Positions 11,706 to 20,519 are shown, counted from the stretch's first letter. The stretch: 32,000 nt of DNA from an uncultured Actinomycetota bacterium (GCA_963825645.1 CAWGTT010000002.1:831123-863122); one strand, 5' to 3'. Numbers and translations: made by a program. Notes: generated by a model from the sequence alone, not told the origin.

Positions 11706-12608
11706 TCAGGGAACCAGGACGAGCTTGCCCCGGACGTGGCCCTCCTGACTTATCCGGTAGGCCTCGGCGGCGCGGTGGAACGGGAAGGTCTGAACCTTGA
11801 CCACCAACTCGTTCTCGGCGAGCAGGTCGGCGATCTCCGCCAGGGCCTCCATCGGGCGGCTGTCCGCGCCGCCACCGCTCACCCTGGCCCCGGCCTCCGC
11901 CGCGGCGAAGTTGGCGATGCTCAGTACCTGTGACGGCTCGGGCGCCAGGGCGATCAGGTCCTCGACGGGCGTCTTGCCCGCCACGTCGAAGACGGCGTCC
12001 ACTCCTGCCCCGGCCGCGGCCCGCACCCGGTCGACCTCGCCGTCGCCGTAGAGCACCGGGGTGGCCCCGATCTCGCGTAGGTAGCCGTGGTTGGCCTCGC
12101 TGGCGGAGGCGACCACCCGCGCGCCTCGGGCCACCGCCATCTGGACGACGGCCGCTCCCACGCCGCCCGCGCCGCCGTCGACGAAGAGCGTGTCGCCGGC
12201 TGTGACGTCCAGCAGGCGAAGACCGCGTTCTGCTGTCTCACCCGCCACGCCCACCGCGGCTGCTACGGCCCAGTCGATGGACGACGGCTTGGCCGCCCAG
12301 GAGTCCAGAACGGCGTACTCGGCTTGGGTGTTACGGCCGAGGCCCAGGACGTCGTCACCCAGACGGATGCCGGTGACCCCGTCACCGACCTCGTCCACCA
12401 CTCCGGCGGCGTCGAAACCGAGGTAACCCGTTGCGTCCAGAGGCTTTCCACCGGACATGGCCCCGGCCAGCACCTTCCAGTCGACGGGGTTGACGCTGGC
12501 CGCGCGCACCGTGATCCGGATCTGCCCCGGGCCCGCGTGCGGATCCGGGGCCTCTGCCCACTCCAGGACCTCCGGACCCCCGAAAGACGTGAACTGCAGC
12601 GCTCGCAT
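11706..12608 (-). CDS. NADPH:quinone oxidoreductase, MDR (zinc-independent alcohol dehydrogenase-like) family
   Basis: Start at ATG 12608 (MRALQFTSFGGPEVLEW...). Rossmann motif GGAGGVGAAVVQMA. C-terminal ...GHVRGKLVLVP is typical of the Qor family. Confidence 0.85.
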   Translation of the reverse strand: MRALQFTSFGGPEVLEWAEAPDPHAGPGQIRITVRAASVNPVDWKVLAGAMSGGKPLDATGYLGFDAAGVVDEVGDGVTGIRLGDDVLGLGRNTQAEYAVLDSWAAKPSSIDWAVAAAVGVAGETAERGLRLLDVTAGDTLFVDGGAGGVGAAVVQMAVARGARVVASASEANHGYLREIGATPVLYGDGEVDRVRAAAGAGVDAVFDVAGKTPVEDLIALAPEPSQVLSIANFAAAEAGARVSGGGADSRPMEALAEIADLLAENELVVKVQTFPFHRAAEAYRISQEGHVRGKLVLVP

Positions 12609-12654
12609 GTGTGGCCCTTCTCGCGTTGGTGGGTATCTCTCCTGGCACACCTAT

Positions 12655-13452
12655 TCAGCCGTCGACGATCCAGCCCGAGCGCATGCCGGGTTCCCTGCCC
12701 TGCTCGATGTAGTGCTCCGCACCGAACATCACCGCGAACACCTCGGGTGGGATCGCCAGCATCTGCCCGACGTCGGTGGTCTGGCTGGCGTGCGCCTGCA
12801 ACGAGGCGCGCTTGCGGTCGAGGTAGTTCGAGACGTCGACCTGGAGGTGGATCTCGGCCTCGGCGGTACCGATCGGGTTGCCGTCGTCGGCCGGCCCGTC
12901 GGGGTCCCAGTCGTCAGTGTCGAGCCCGGCCGCCGTCGCGGCCCGGAACATCTCCCGCATCCGGTCCCGGTTCATCGTCGCCTCGAGCAACCGCGGACGC
13001 CGCGCGGCCAGCTCCGCGGCGGCACGCACCATCCGGTGCACCGCGATGTGGTCGGGGTGGCCGTAGTTGCCGTGCCAGTCGTAGCCGACGACCACGTCGG
13101 CGTTCTCGCCGTCCAGCACCTCGGCGAGCCGTTTGGCGGCCTCGTCGGGGTCGGCGTCGTGCAGGGAGCCGTCGTGGTAGTTCTGCTCCCAGCCGGTCAT
13201 CCCCGAGTCGGAGTAGCCGAGCCAGTACACCGCGGCCACACCGAGCACATCGGCCGACGCCTGCGCCTCGAGGCGGCGCCGGTCGACGACGCTCTCCCCC
13301 TCGGCCAGGTCGTCGGGCGCCTCGCCGTGGTCTCCATTGGTCGCGAAGACGACGGCGACCCGATGGCCCTCGTCAGCGGCCCTGGCCATCGAGCCGGACG
13401 TCAGGCTCGCCTCGTCGTCCGGGTGGGCGTGGACGAACACGATGGTGGACAT
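12655..13452 (-). CDS. PIG-L/LmbE-family N-acetylglucosaminyl deacetylase
   Basis: VFVHAHPDDEA zinc-site motif near the N-terminus and a downstream HPDH motif (YGHPDHIAVH). Confidence 0.85.
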   Translation of the reverse strand: MSTIVFVHAHPDDEASLTSGSMARAADEGHRVAVVFATNGDHGEAPDDLAEGESVVDRRRLEAQASADVLGVAAVYWLGYSDSGMTGWEQNYHDGSLHDADPDEAAKRLAEVLDGENADVVVGYDWHGNYGHPDHIAVHRMVRAAAELAARRPRLLEATMNRDRMREMFRAATAAGLDTDDWDPDGPADDGNPIGTAEAEIHLQVDVSNYLDRKRASLQAHASQTTDVGQMLAIPPEVFAVMFGAEHYIEQGREPGMRSGWIVDG

Positions 13453-13518
13453 ACCCCCATCATGCCCGTCCTCGTCTCGCCGCTATGACCCCTCGGACGC
13501 GCAGCAGCGCCAACGGGG

Positions 13519-14775
13519 CTATCGGATGATCTCGGTGTCCGGATGAAACGCCGCCCAAGCGAACCAGAACGTGTCCACATGGGTGACCGGCGTCAGCTGC
13601 GCGCCGGCGGCCGGGCCCGCCACGGCACGCCCGAGGATGTCCCAGGTCGACCCGGTCTCGGCGTCCACGAAGCCGTCCTGCGTCGCCCGGAAGCTCAGCG
13701 CCCGGCCCTGCCAGGACGTCAGGTAGGCGGCCACCGCCCCGACGTCGCGCCCCTCCGAGATCTCGCGTCGGTCCAGCGCGGAGCGCAACCCGGGCCGCAG
13801 CCAGACCGTGACCGCCGCGCCCCGCACCCGCACCTCGACCACACCCTGACTACGCAACCGGTCGTAGGTCAACGCCACCGGGGCACCGATCGCGCCGGCC
13901 GCCCCGGCCGCCCCGGCCGCCCCGGCCTCGAAGGCAACGATCCGGGCCTTAGGCGCCAAGCGCGGGTCGCTGTCGCCCGAGAACGCGAACGGCTGCTCGT
14001 CCAGTGAGTCGTAGCCGGTGTACGGGTTGCTGCCGTAGCTGCGGATGTGGCCGGTGTCCCGGCTGAGCACCCAGGCCTCGGGGTGGGCGGTGCGCCAGTC
14101 CTGCCAGGCGACGGTCTGCACCGGGTAGGTGACCAGCTCGGCTCCGGTCAGCACTCCGGCCACAGCGCGTCCCTCGAACTGCGGCCACAGGGAACGGGTC
14201 TGGCGGTCGTACATCACCAGGTCCGAGTTGTAGAGCTTGCCCGACGTCCCGAACGTCACCACTCTTCCGGCGACGCGCCGGTCGAAGGCGATCGCCGAGT
14301 TACACAACGGGCAGTAGGTCACCGCCACCGGAGTTTGCTCGATCGTGTCGTTCACGATCTCGTGCCAGATCAGCACCTGCACCGGGTAGGCACGGGTCTC
14401 CTGGCCCACGGTCAGGCTCAGCACCGGCTCGTCCGGGGCGAGCCAGTCGACGCTGCCGGCCCGCTGGAAGGCTGGATCGTCCAGCGCCGGAATGCCGTCG
14501 GGCGGCGGGCCGCCGTCCCTGATCTCGGACACCTCGATCAGCGGTTCGGGCAGCCCGGACGCCGCGGGGTTGACCAGCGCCGACACCACATCCTCAACCG
14601 GCGAGGCTTCCACCTGCGCGAAGGTCGTGCTCGCGGCGGACCCCGCCTCGCGGCTCGAGCCGGAACAGGCGGACACGAGCAGCATCGCCGCCAGGCCGAC
14701 TCCCGGCAGCACGCGGGCCGATCGCCTTGTCACAGTTGGCAAACCCGTCGGGACGCCGCCGCCCTTCCCGATCAC
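13519..14775 (-). CDS. DUF3179 domain-containing secreted/lipoprotein
   Basis: Signal peptide with lipobox-like LLVSAC. DUF3179 blocks are DGIPALDDPAF, YCPLCNSAIAFDR and GTSGKLYNSDLVMYDRQT. The start (GTG 14775) is uncertain and could be an internal GTG/TTG up to ~45 nt downstream. Confidence 0.75.
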   Translation of the reverse strand: MIGKGGGVPTGLPTVTRRSARVLPGVGLAAMLLVSACSGSSREAGSAASTTFAQVEASPVEDVVSALVNPAASGLPEPLIEVSEIRDGGPPPDGIPALDDPAFQRAGSVDWLAPDEPVLSLTVGQETRAYPVQVLIWHEIVNDTIEQTPVAVTYCPLCNSAIAFDRRVAGRVVTFGTSGKLYNSDLVMYDRQTRSLWPQFEGRAVAGVLTGAELVTYPVQTVAWQDWRTAHPEAWVLSRDTGHIRSYGSNPYTGYDSLDEQPFAFSGDSDPRLAPKARIVAFEAGAAGAAGAAGAIGAPVALTYDRLRSQGVVEVRVRGAAVTVWLRPGLRSALDRREISEGRDVGAVAAYLTSWQGRALSFRATQDGFVDAETGSTWDILGRAVAGPAAGAQLTPVTHVDTFWFAWAAFHPDTEIIR

Positions 14776-14799
14776 ATCACACGGTGGACCCGGTAGTGG

Positions 14800-15288
14800 T
14801 CAGGCAAGCAGGCTGCGCAACATCCAGGCGGTCTTCTCGTGGACCTGCAGCCGCTGGGTGAGCAGGTCGGCGGTGGGCTCGTCGTGAGCCGCCTCGACCG
14901 TCGGGAAGACCGAGCGAGCGGTGCGTGCCACCGTCTCCTGACCCGCCACCAGTCGACGGATCATCTCGGTCGCATCGGGGCGGTCGTCGTCCTCGGGCAC
15001 CGAGGCCAGCGCGGCGAACTCGCGGTAGCTGCCCGGCGCCGGAGCGCCCAGTGCGCGGATCCGCTCGGCGATGAGGTCGACCGCGAGGGCCAGCTCCGTG
15101 TACTCGGTCTCGAACATCAGGTGGAGCGTCTGGAACATGGGGCCGGTGACGTTCCAGTGGTAGTTGTGCGTCTTGAGGTAGAGCGTGTATGTGTCGGCCA
15201 ACAGGTGGGCCAAACCATCGGTGATGGCCAAGCGGTCGGCCGCGTCGATGCCGATGTCGACACTGGGGTCGAGCGGGTAGGCGCTCAT
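14800..15288 (-). CDS. dps: Dps-family DNA-protecting ferritin-like protein
   Basis: [28 protein letters not shown] ferroxidase-centre block. 162 aa. AAGGAGG lies upstream of the ATG. Confidence 0.9.
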   Translation of the reverse strand: MSAYPLDPSVDIGIDAADRLAITDGLAHLLADTYTLYLKTHNYHWNVTGPMFQTLHLMFETEYTELALAVDLIAERIRALGAPAPGSYREFAALASVPEDDDRPDATEMIRRLVAGQETVARTARSVFPTVEAAHDEPTADLLTQRLQVHEKTAWMLRSLLA

Positions 15289-15313
15289 TGCGTGGTGCCT
15301 CCTTAATCTAGAG

Positions 15314-15351
15314 CTATTCCATTCTACTGACGTCCGGCCGTGCCCACGGCC
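15314..15351 (-). promoter_or_regulatory. Putative dps promoter (-10 TAGAAT) with a palindrome over the -35 position
   Basis: On the minus strand, TAGAAT (15326-15321) sits in the only AT-rich patch of the region, ~33 nt upstream of the dps ATG. GGCCGTG-CC-CACGGCC (15336-15351) lies 10-25 nt upstream of it. There is no TTGACA-like -35. Confidence 0.35.
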
Positions 15352-15498
15352 ATGCCAGGCCGAGGGCCCCGGGGCCTCTCAGGGCGACGGCGGTCGGCCG
15401 CGCCCGTGAGTCGTATGGGCGATCATGTCGGCGGCCCAGCACGCCGATACGGAGGACACCGATACCGACGGGTCGGCGACCTCGACCGGAAGCCGGGG

Positions 15499-17076
15499 AT
15501 GCCCATGGAGCAGCGCGAGACGAACCGCTGGCGTCAGCGATCCGCGGTCGCCGCGATCGTGCGGGCCGGCATCTTCTGCGTGCCCGTTGCGGGGTCGATC
15601 ACGACAGCCTGGGGCGTGCAGCGGGCCCTGCCCCCGGCGTCCGGCTGGGCGGACCGGGCCTGGCACCTCGGGATTCTGGTGGCCGTCTCCACCGTCGTGC
15701 TGCTACTGGTCGACCGGACCGGACGCCGGCTTCTGCCCCTGGCCACCCTGCTCGACCTGAACATGCTCTTCCCGGACCGCGCGCCGTCCCGGGTGCGCGT
15801 GGCCCGCGACGCCATCCGCCGCCGGCCGATCGAGGAGCAGCTGGAACGTCTGCGTCTGGCCGGCGCCGACCCCGGGGCGGTGGCCCGAGAGATCCTTACG
15901 CTCGTCGCGGCGCTCAGCGCGCACGACCGGCCGACTCGAGGGCACGCCGAGCGCGTTCGACTGTTCACCGATGTGATCGCCGAGCAGATGGGTATCCCGC
16001 GCCGGGACCGAGACCTGCTGAGGTGGGCGGCGATACTGCATGACATCGGCAAGCTCCACGTGCCGGCGTCGCTGCTGAACAAGCCGGGGAAACCTACCGA
16101 CGAGGAGTGGGCCACCCTGCGAGCACACCCCACGACGGGGGCGCAGATGGCCGGCGGGTTGCTCCCCTGGCTCGGCGAGTGGGCCGACGTGATCAGTCAG
16201 CACCACGAGCGCTTCGACGGCGGCGGCTACCCGGCCCAGCTGAGCGGCGAGCAGATCAGCCTCGGTGCACGGATCGTCAGCGTCGCCGATGCCTACGATG
16301 TGATGACCGCGAACCGCCCCTACCAGCGCCCGGTCTCCCGGTCTGCGGCGCTGCGCGAGCTGGTCAAGCACTCCGGCGCCCAGTTCGACCCGGGCGTGGT
16401 GCGGGCGATGGTCGCGGTCGGGGCACCGCGGCTGCGCCGGGCGCAGGGGGCACTCGCCTGGCTCGCGGACATCCCCTTGGTCGCCTCGGGATCTGTCCCG
16501 GCGGCATCCGTGGCGCGTGCGGTGGGTGCCGGTGCCCTCGCGACTGGCGCTGCAGCGGTCGGCGTCACCGCAGGCCTGCTGCCCGGCGGCCATCCGTCCC
16601 CGAACGCCAGTGCTTCCGCGATGGCACCGGGGGCAGCGGCCACCTCCGTGACGAAGTCGACCTCCCAGCGGCCGGACCGGGCCGACGCATCCGCCACGCT
16701 GCCGGCACCCACTGGCCCGTCGGGTTCCGGCGCGCTGCCGGGTGGAGTCGGGCCCGGATCGGGCGATGGGAGCGGTGGCCAGGCGGAGCCGACGACGTCC
16801 GGCGGATCGGGATCCGGTTCTGGCGGCTCGAACCCCTCGATTCCGCTGCCGGGGGCCGGGAAAACGGTCACGTCGGTGACGAGGATCGGGTCCGGCGCAG
16901 CCGGTGCCGCCGCCAACGCGGCCTCGCGGGTCGCCTCCGACCCGGCCGGCACCGTCGCCGAAGCCATCTCGAACAAGGCCGGCACCGTCGCCGAGGTCGT
17001 CTCTGACCCGGCCGGGGCGGTGAAGGAGAAGGCGGGCACTGTGACCCCTCCGCTCGGACCGCTCACCGGACCGTGA
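15499..17076 (+). CDS. Membrane-anchored HD-GYP domain protein (probable cyclic-di-GMP phosphodiesterase) with low-complexity C-terminal tail
   Basis: HD-GYP signature: HAERV..., AAILHDIGKL, HHERFDGGGYP, VADAYDVMT. Two N-terminal hydrophobic helices. Start is at ATG 15499 or 15505 (GGAAG upstream), not 15340. The last ~200 aa are Ala/Gly/Ser/Pro-rich. Confidence 0.85.
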   Translation: MPMEQRETNRWRQRSAVAAIVRAGIFCVPVAGSITTAWGVQRALPPASGWADRAWHLGILVAVSTVVLLLVDRTGRRLLPLATLLDLNMLFPDRAPSRVRVARDAIRRRPIEEQLERLRLAGADPGAVAREILTLVAALSAHDRPTRGHAERVRLFTDVIAEQMGIPRRDRDLLRWAAILHDIGKLHVPASLLNKPGKPTDEEWATLRAHPTTGAQMAGGLLPWLGEWADVISQHHERFDGGGYPAQLSGEQISLGARIVSVADAYDVMTANRPYQRPVSRSAALRELVKHSGAQFDPGVVRAMVAVGAPRLRRAQGALAWLADIPLVASGSVPAASVARAVGAGALATGAAAVGVTAGLLPGGHPSPNASASAMAPGAAATSVTKSTSQRPDRADASATLPAPTGPSGSGALPGGVGPGSGDGSGGQAEPTTSGGSGSGSGGSNPSIPLPGAGKTVTSVTRIGSGAAGAAANAASRVASDPAGTVAEAISNKAGTVAEVVSDPAGAVKEKAGTVTPPLGPLTGP

Positions 17077-17137
17077 AACCGCGAGCGGGTTGCGGAAAGG
17101 TCTTGCCCCGCCCGGGAGGTTCGGCGACAGTACGGCG

Positions 17138-17737
17138 ATGGCACATCGCAGCGCCGGCGAGCTCGACGCCCTGCTCGACCACGTCCGAGCCGCGCCGGTG
17201 GGGGCCGGCACCCTGAGGCTGATCGTGCGCCGTCCGGCGGTCGGGGTCAGGGAGATCCTGGACGAGGCCGAGCTCGACCCGGCCGTCGGTCTCGTCGGCG
17301 ACACCTGGAAGCAGCGGGGTAGCAGCCGCACCGACGACGGCACCGCGCACCCGGACATGCAGCTCAACGTGATGGGCTGGCGGGTCGTGGAGGCGCTGGC
17401 CGAGACCGACGAGCGGCGGGCGCTGGCCGGTGACCAGCTCTACGTCGACCTGTCCCTGCGCGAGGAGGACCTGCCACCGGGGACAGCGCTGGGTATCGGT
17501 GCCGACCGCGGCGGCGCCTCGGTGATCGTGGTCACCGACCAGCCGCACACGGGATGCGCCAAGTTCGTCGATCGGTTCGGCGCCGAGGCGATGCGCTGGG
17601 TGAACGGCCGCACCGGTCGGGTGCTGCATCTGCGTGGGATCAACGCCCGGGTGGTGCACGGCGGCGTGATCCGGCGCGGGGACCGGGTCGCCGCCCTCGA
17701 CACCGTGGGGTCCGGGTCCGGCATGCTGGAGTCATGA
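17138..17737 (+). CDS. MOSC domain-containing protein
   Basis: Start at ATG 17138 (MAHRSAGELD...). MOSC beta-barrel pattern with the conserved cysteine in QPHTGCAKF. Confidence 0.8.
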   Translation: MAHRSAGELDALLDHVRAAPVGAGTLRLIVRRPAVGVREILDEAELDPAVGLVGDTWKQRGSSRTDDGTAHPDMQLNVMGWRVVEALAETDERRALAGDQLYVDLSLREEDLPPGTALGIGADRGGASVIVVTDQPHTGCAKFVDRFGAEAMRWVNGRTGRVLHLRGINARVVHGGVIRRGDRVAALDTVGSGSGMLES

Positions 17738-18069
17738 CCTTCCCGCAGATCCCGGTGAACGACCTGCCCGACGATGCCGTCATGCTCGACATCCGCAAGC
17801 AGGACGAGTGGAACCGCGGGCACGCCCCGGGCGCGATCCACATGCCGATGGACGACCTGCCGTCGCGGCTCGATGAGCTGGCACCGCTGCTGAGCTCCGG
17901 CGCCCCGCTGATCGTCGCCTGCCGCTCGGGCGGGCGGGTCCTGCAGGTACTGCCGTGGCTGGCTCAGCAGGGCTACGAGGCCGCGAACCTCTACGGCGGG
18001 ATGCTCGCCTGGCAGGCGGCCGGCAAGCCGATGAAGGCTGCGCACGAAGGGGCGCCCTCGATCACCTGA
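17734..18069 (+). CDS. Single-domain rhodanese-like sulfurtransferase
   Basis: ATGA overlap with the MOSC stop (17734-17737). Active-site loop is VACRSGGRV (CRSGxR). 111 aa. Confidence 0.85.
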   Translation: MTFPQIPVNDLPDDAVMLDIRKQDEWNRGHAPGAIHMPMDDLPSRLDELAPLLSSGAPLIVACRSGGRVLQVLPWLAQQGYEAANLYGGMLAWQAAGKPMKAAHEGAPSIT

Positions 18070-18124
18070 CCAGCCGCAAGGGTTCTCGCTCGCCCGGCGC
18101 GCCAAGGCGTGTCATGGTGCTGGA

Positions 18125-18934
18125 ATGTGCCTGATCGCCCTCGCCGCGGACGGCCACACTCACTTCCCGCTCGTGGTCGCCGCCAACCGCGACGAGCTGC
18201 ACCGGCGGCCGACCGCGCCGCTGGCCTGGTGGGGCCCTCCCGAGGTGCTGGCCGGACGGGACCTCGAGGCTGGGGGCACCTGGTTCGGGCTGACCCGCGC
18301 CGGGCGGCTGGCGATGCTGACCAACCTGCGCCGGCCGGACGCCGTCCGGGACGGTGCCCCCTCTCGCGGCGACCTGGTGCCGCGCTGGCTGCGTGGGGAC
18401 CTCACTCCGGAGGAGTTCACCTCGACCCTCCGCCCCCCGAACCCCCAGCCCAACCCGTACACCGTGATCGCCGCCGACCTGCCCCGCGGCATGGTGTTCA
18501 CGGTCAGTTCGGACTCGCCGTACCCACGGTCGCTGACCCCCGGCGTCCACGGACTGTCCAACGCAGCCATCGATGAACCGTGGCCCAAAGTAGTTGCGCT
18601 GCAACGCGACCTGATATCGGCGAGGAACCGGGCCGCAGCGGCCGACGAGCTGATCGAGGCGCTGATGGTTGCCCTCGCCGACCGCAGCACCCCGCCGGAC
18701 GACGCCCTGCCCGACACCGGGGTCGGCCTGGGATGGGAGAGGACGCTGGGCAGCCGGTTCATCCACGCCCCCGGGGCCGGCTACGGCACCCGATGCTCGA
18801 CTGTGCTGGTCACTGAGCGGTCTGGGGCAGGATCGGTCACCGTGGTCGTCGAGCAGTCCTACGACGCGGACGGCGCGCCCGCCGGCCGCCGGACCGAGAC
18901 ACTGCGGGGCTGGCCACCCGGACGACCGGGCTGA
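18125..18934 (+). CDS. NRDE-family protein (TANGO2/DUF833-like)
   Basis: N-terminal MCLIAL (Ntn-type Cys2) and the eponymous ANRDE motif (VVAANRDELHRRPT). Confidence 0.85.
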   Translation: MCLIALAADGHTHFPLVVAANRDELHRRPTAPLAWWGPPEVLAGRDLEAGGTWFGLTRAGRLAMLTNLRRPDAVRDGAPSRGDLVPRWLRGDLTPEEFTSTLRPPNPQPNPYTVIAADLPRGMVFTVSSDSPYPRSLTPGVHGLSNAAIDEPWPKVVALQRDLISARNRAAAADELIEALMVALADRSTPPDDALPDTGVGLGWERTLGSRFIHAPGAGYGTRCSTVLVTERSGAGSVTVVVEQSYDADGAPAGRRTETLRGWPPGRPG

Positions 18935-18939
18935 GGAGC

Positions 18940-18974
18940 GGTGGGTTTCCCCGAGACGGGGGCAAACCCACCAC
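18940..18974. repeat. Intergenic hairpin element, family B (shares a 17-mer with 28147-28163)
   Basis: GGTGGGTTT (18940-18948) pairs with AAACCCACC (18964-18972). Inner CCCC/GGGG pairs around loop GAGAC, with a GC bulge. The reverse complement of 18958-18974 is GTGGTGGGTTTGCCCCC, identical to 28147-28163. Confidence 0.6.
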
Positions 18975-19010
18975 GAACCTCGGCGAATACCGTTCGATCC
19001 CCTAGCGTCG

Positions 19011-20435
19011 ATGCTCATGGACAGTGCCCGCTACCTCAGCACCCGCGGCGGCGACTCCGGCCGGCGGTTCAGCGAGATCCTGCTGGAAGGCCTGGCCCCG
19101 GACGGCGGGCTATACCTGCCCTCGGCGTATCCACGCCTCGACGCCGCGGCCCTGAGGTCATGGCGCGGTCTGAGCTACCCCGAGCTGGCCGAGCGGGTGG
19201 TCGAGCTGTTCGTCGACGACATCCCCGCAGCCGACCTTCGCGAGCTGATCCACCGCACGTACACCCCAGAGGTGTTCGGCACCGAAGAGATCACCCCGCT
19301 CACCCGGTTGGACGACGAGCTATGGCTGCTGGAGCTGGCCAACGGCCCGACGCTGGCCTTCAAAGACATGGCGATGCAGCTACTCGGGGCCCTGTTCGAG
19401 TACCAGCTAGGACGGCGTGGCGAGACACTGAACATCCTCGGCGCGACCTCCGGCGACACCGGCAGCGCCGCCGAGTACGCGATGCGCGGGCGGGGTGGGA
19501 TCAGCGTGTTCATGCTCAGCCCGCAGGGAAGGATGAGCCCGTTCCAGCAGGCCCAGATGTTCACCCTGCAGGATGCGAACATCCACAACCTGGCCGTCCA
19601 GGGGGTGTTCGACGACTGCCAGGACATCGTCAAGGCGGTCTCGGCCGACCTCGACTTCAAGCGGCGGTTGAGGATCGGCACGGTCAACTCGATCAACTGG
19701 GCCCGGCTCCTCGCCCAGGTCGTCTACTACGTCGCCGGCTGGCTGGCGGCCGCCGACCGTGAGGACCAGCAGGTCAGCTTCACCGTTCCGTCCGGCAACT
19801 TCGGCAACATCTGTGCCGGGCACGTGGCCCGGATGATGGGCCTGCCGATCCGGTGCCTGGTGCTGGCCACCAACGAGAACAACGTGCTGGAGGAGTTCCT
19901 GCGCACTGGTGCCTACAGGGTGCGCGGTGCCGCCGAGACTCATCAGACCTCGAGCCCGTCGATGGACATCTCCAAGGCCTCCAACGTGGAGCGCTTCGTC
20001 TTCGACCTGCTCGACCGCGACGCCGAGCGCACCCGACAGCTGTTCGGCGAGGCAGTGCCGCAGGCCGGTGGGTTCACGTTGACCCCCGCCGAGCTGGCCC
20101 GGGTCGCGGACTTCGGGTTCGTCGCCGGCCGCAGCGAGCACGCCGACCGGCTGGCGACGATCGGCGCCGTCTGGCGGGAGTCCGGCCGCCTGATCGACAC
20201 TCACACCGCGGACGGGGTCCACGTCGCCCGTGGTCACATCGAGGACGGCGTTCCGATGATCGTGCTGGAAACGGCCCAGCCGGCGAAGTTCGCCGACACG
20301 GTTCGGGAGGCGACCGGCATCACCCCGCCGCTGCCGACCTCGCTCTCGGACATCGAGTCGCTGCCCCTGCGCTGCGAGGTCATCGCGCCCGATGCCGACG
20401 TGGTCAAGGCGTACATCGAGAAGCATGCCCTCTGA
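19011..20435 (+). CDS. thrC: Threonine synthase (long, ~470-aa form)
   Basis: ARYLSTRGG N-terminal motif, PLP-lysine block TLAFKDMAMQLLG, GATSGDTGSAA loop. Start is ATG 19011 or 19017. The longer ORF-track start overlaps the NRDE gene. Confidence 0.9.
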   Translation: MLMDSARYLSTRGGDSGRRFSEILLEGLAPDGGLYLPSAYPRLDAAALRSWRGLSYPELAERVVELFVDDIPAADLRELIHRTYTPEVFGTEEITPLTRLDDELWLLELANGPTLAFKDMAMQLLGALFEYQLGRRGETLNILGATSGDTGSAAEYAMRGRGGISVFMLSPQGRMSPFQQAQMFTLQDANIHNLAVQGVFDDCQDIVKAVSADLDFKRRLRIGTVNSINWARLLAQVVYYVAGWLAAADREDQQVSFTVPSGNFGNICAGHVARMMGLPIRCLVLATNENNVLEEFLRTGAYRVRGAAETHQTSSPSMDISKASNVERFVFDLLDRDAERTRQLFGEAVPQAGGFTLTPAELARVADFGFVAGRSEHADRLATIGAVWRESGRLIDTHTADGVHVARGHIEDGVPMIVLETAQPAKFADTVREATGITPPLPTSLSDIESLPLRCEVIAPDADVVKAYIEKHAL

Positions 20436-20440
20436 CGAGA

Positions 20441-20516
20441 CCGTCCGAGTTCGGCAGAACCGGGCTCTGGCGGGCCCAAAGGCGCCGAACCGGGCGGTTG
20501 TGCCGAACTCGGACGG
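20441..20516 (+). promoter_or_regulatory. Long-range 16-bp perfect inverted repeat filling the thrC-nuclease spacer
   Basis: CCGTCCGAGTTCGGCA (20441-20456) and TGCCGAACTCGGACGG (20501-20516) are exact complements. The 44-nt interior contains a direct repeat GAACCGGGC (20457-20465, 20487-20495). The right arm contains the GGACGG Shine-Dalgarno 4 nt before ATG 20520. Confidence 0.5.
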
Positions 20517-20519
20517 CCG

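Noticed and set aside
12087-13529. 480-aa plus-strand ORF opposite the quinone oxidoreductase and PIG-L genes
   Set aside because: It has extreme Arg/Pro/Ser runs (RRRR, PRR repeats) and spans two real genes plus their intergenic gap on the other strand. It is not protein-like.
15703-17367. 554-aa minus-strand ORF opposite HD-GYP/MOSC. Similar long antisense ORFs occur at 19407-20426, 22514-23920, 28772-29923 and 29532-31118.
   Set aside because: All are antisense to genes with clear catalytic motifs, are Arg/Gly/Pro-biased and lack motifs or ribosome-binding sites. They are GC-composition artefacts.
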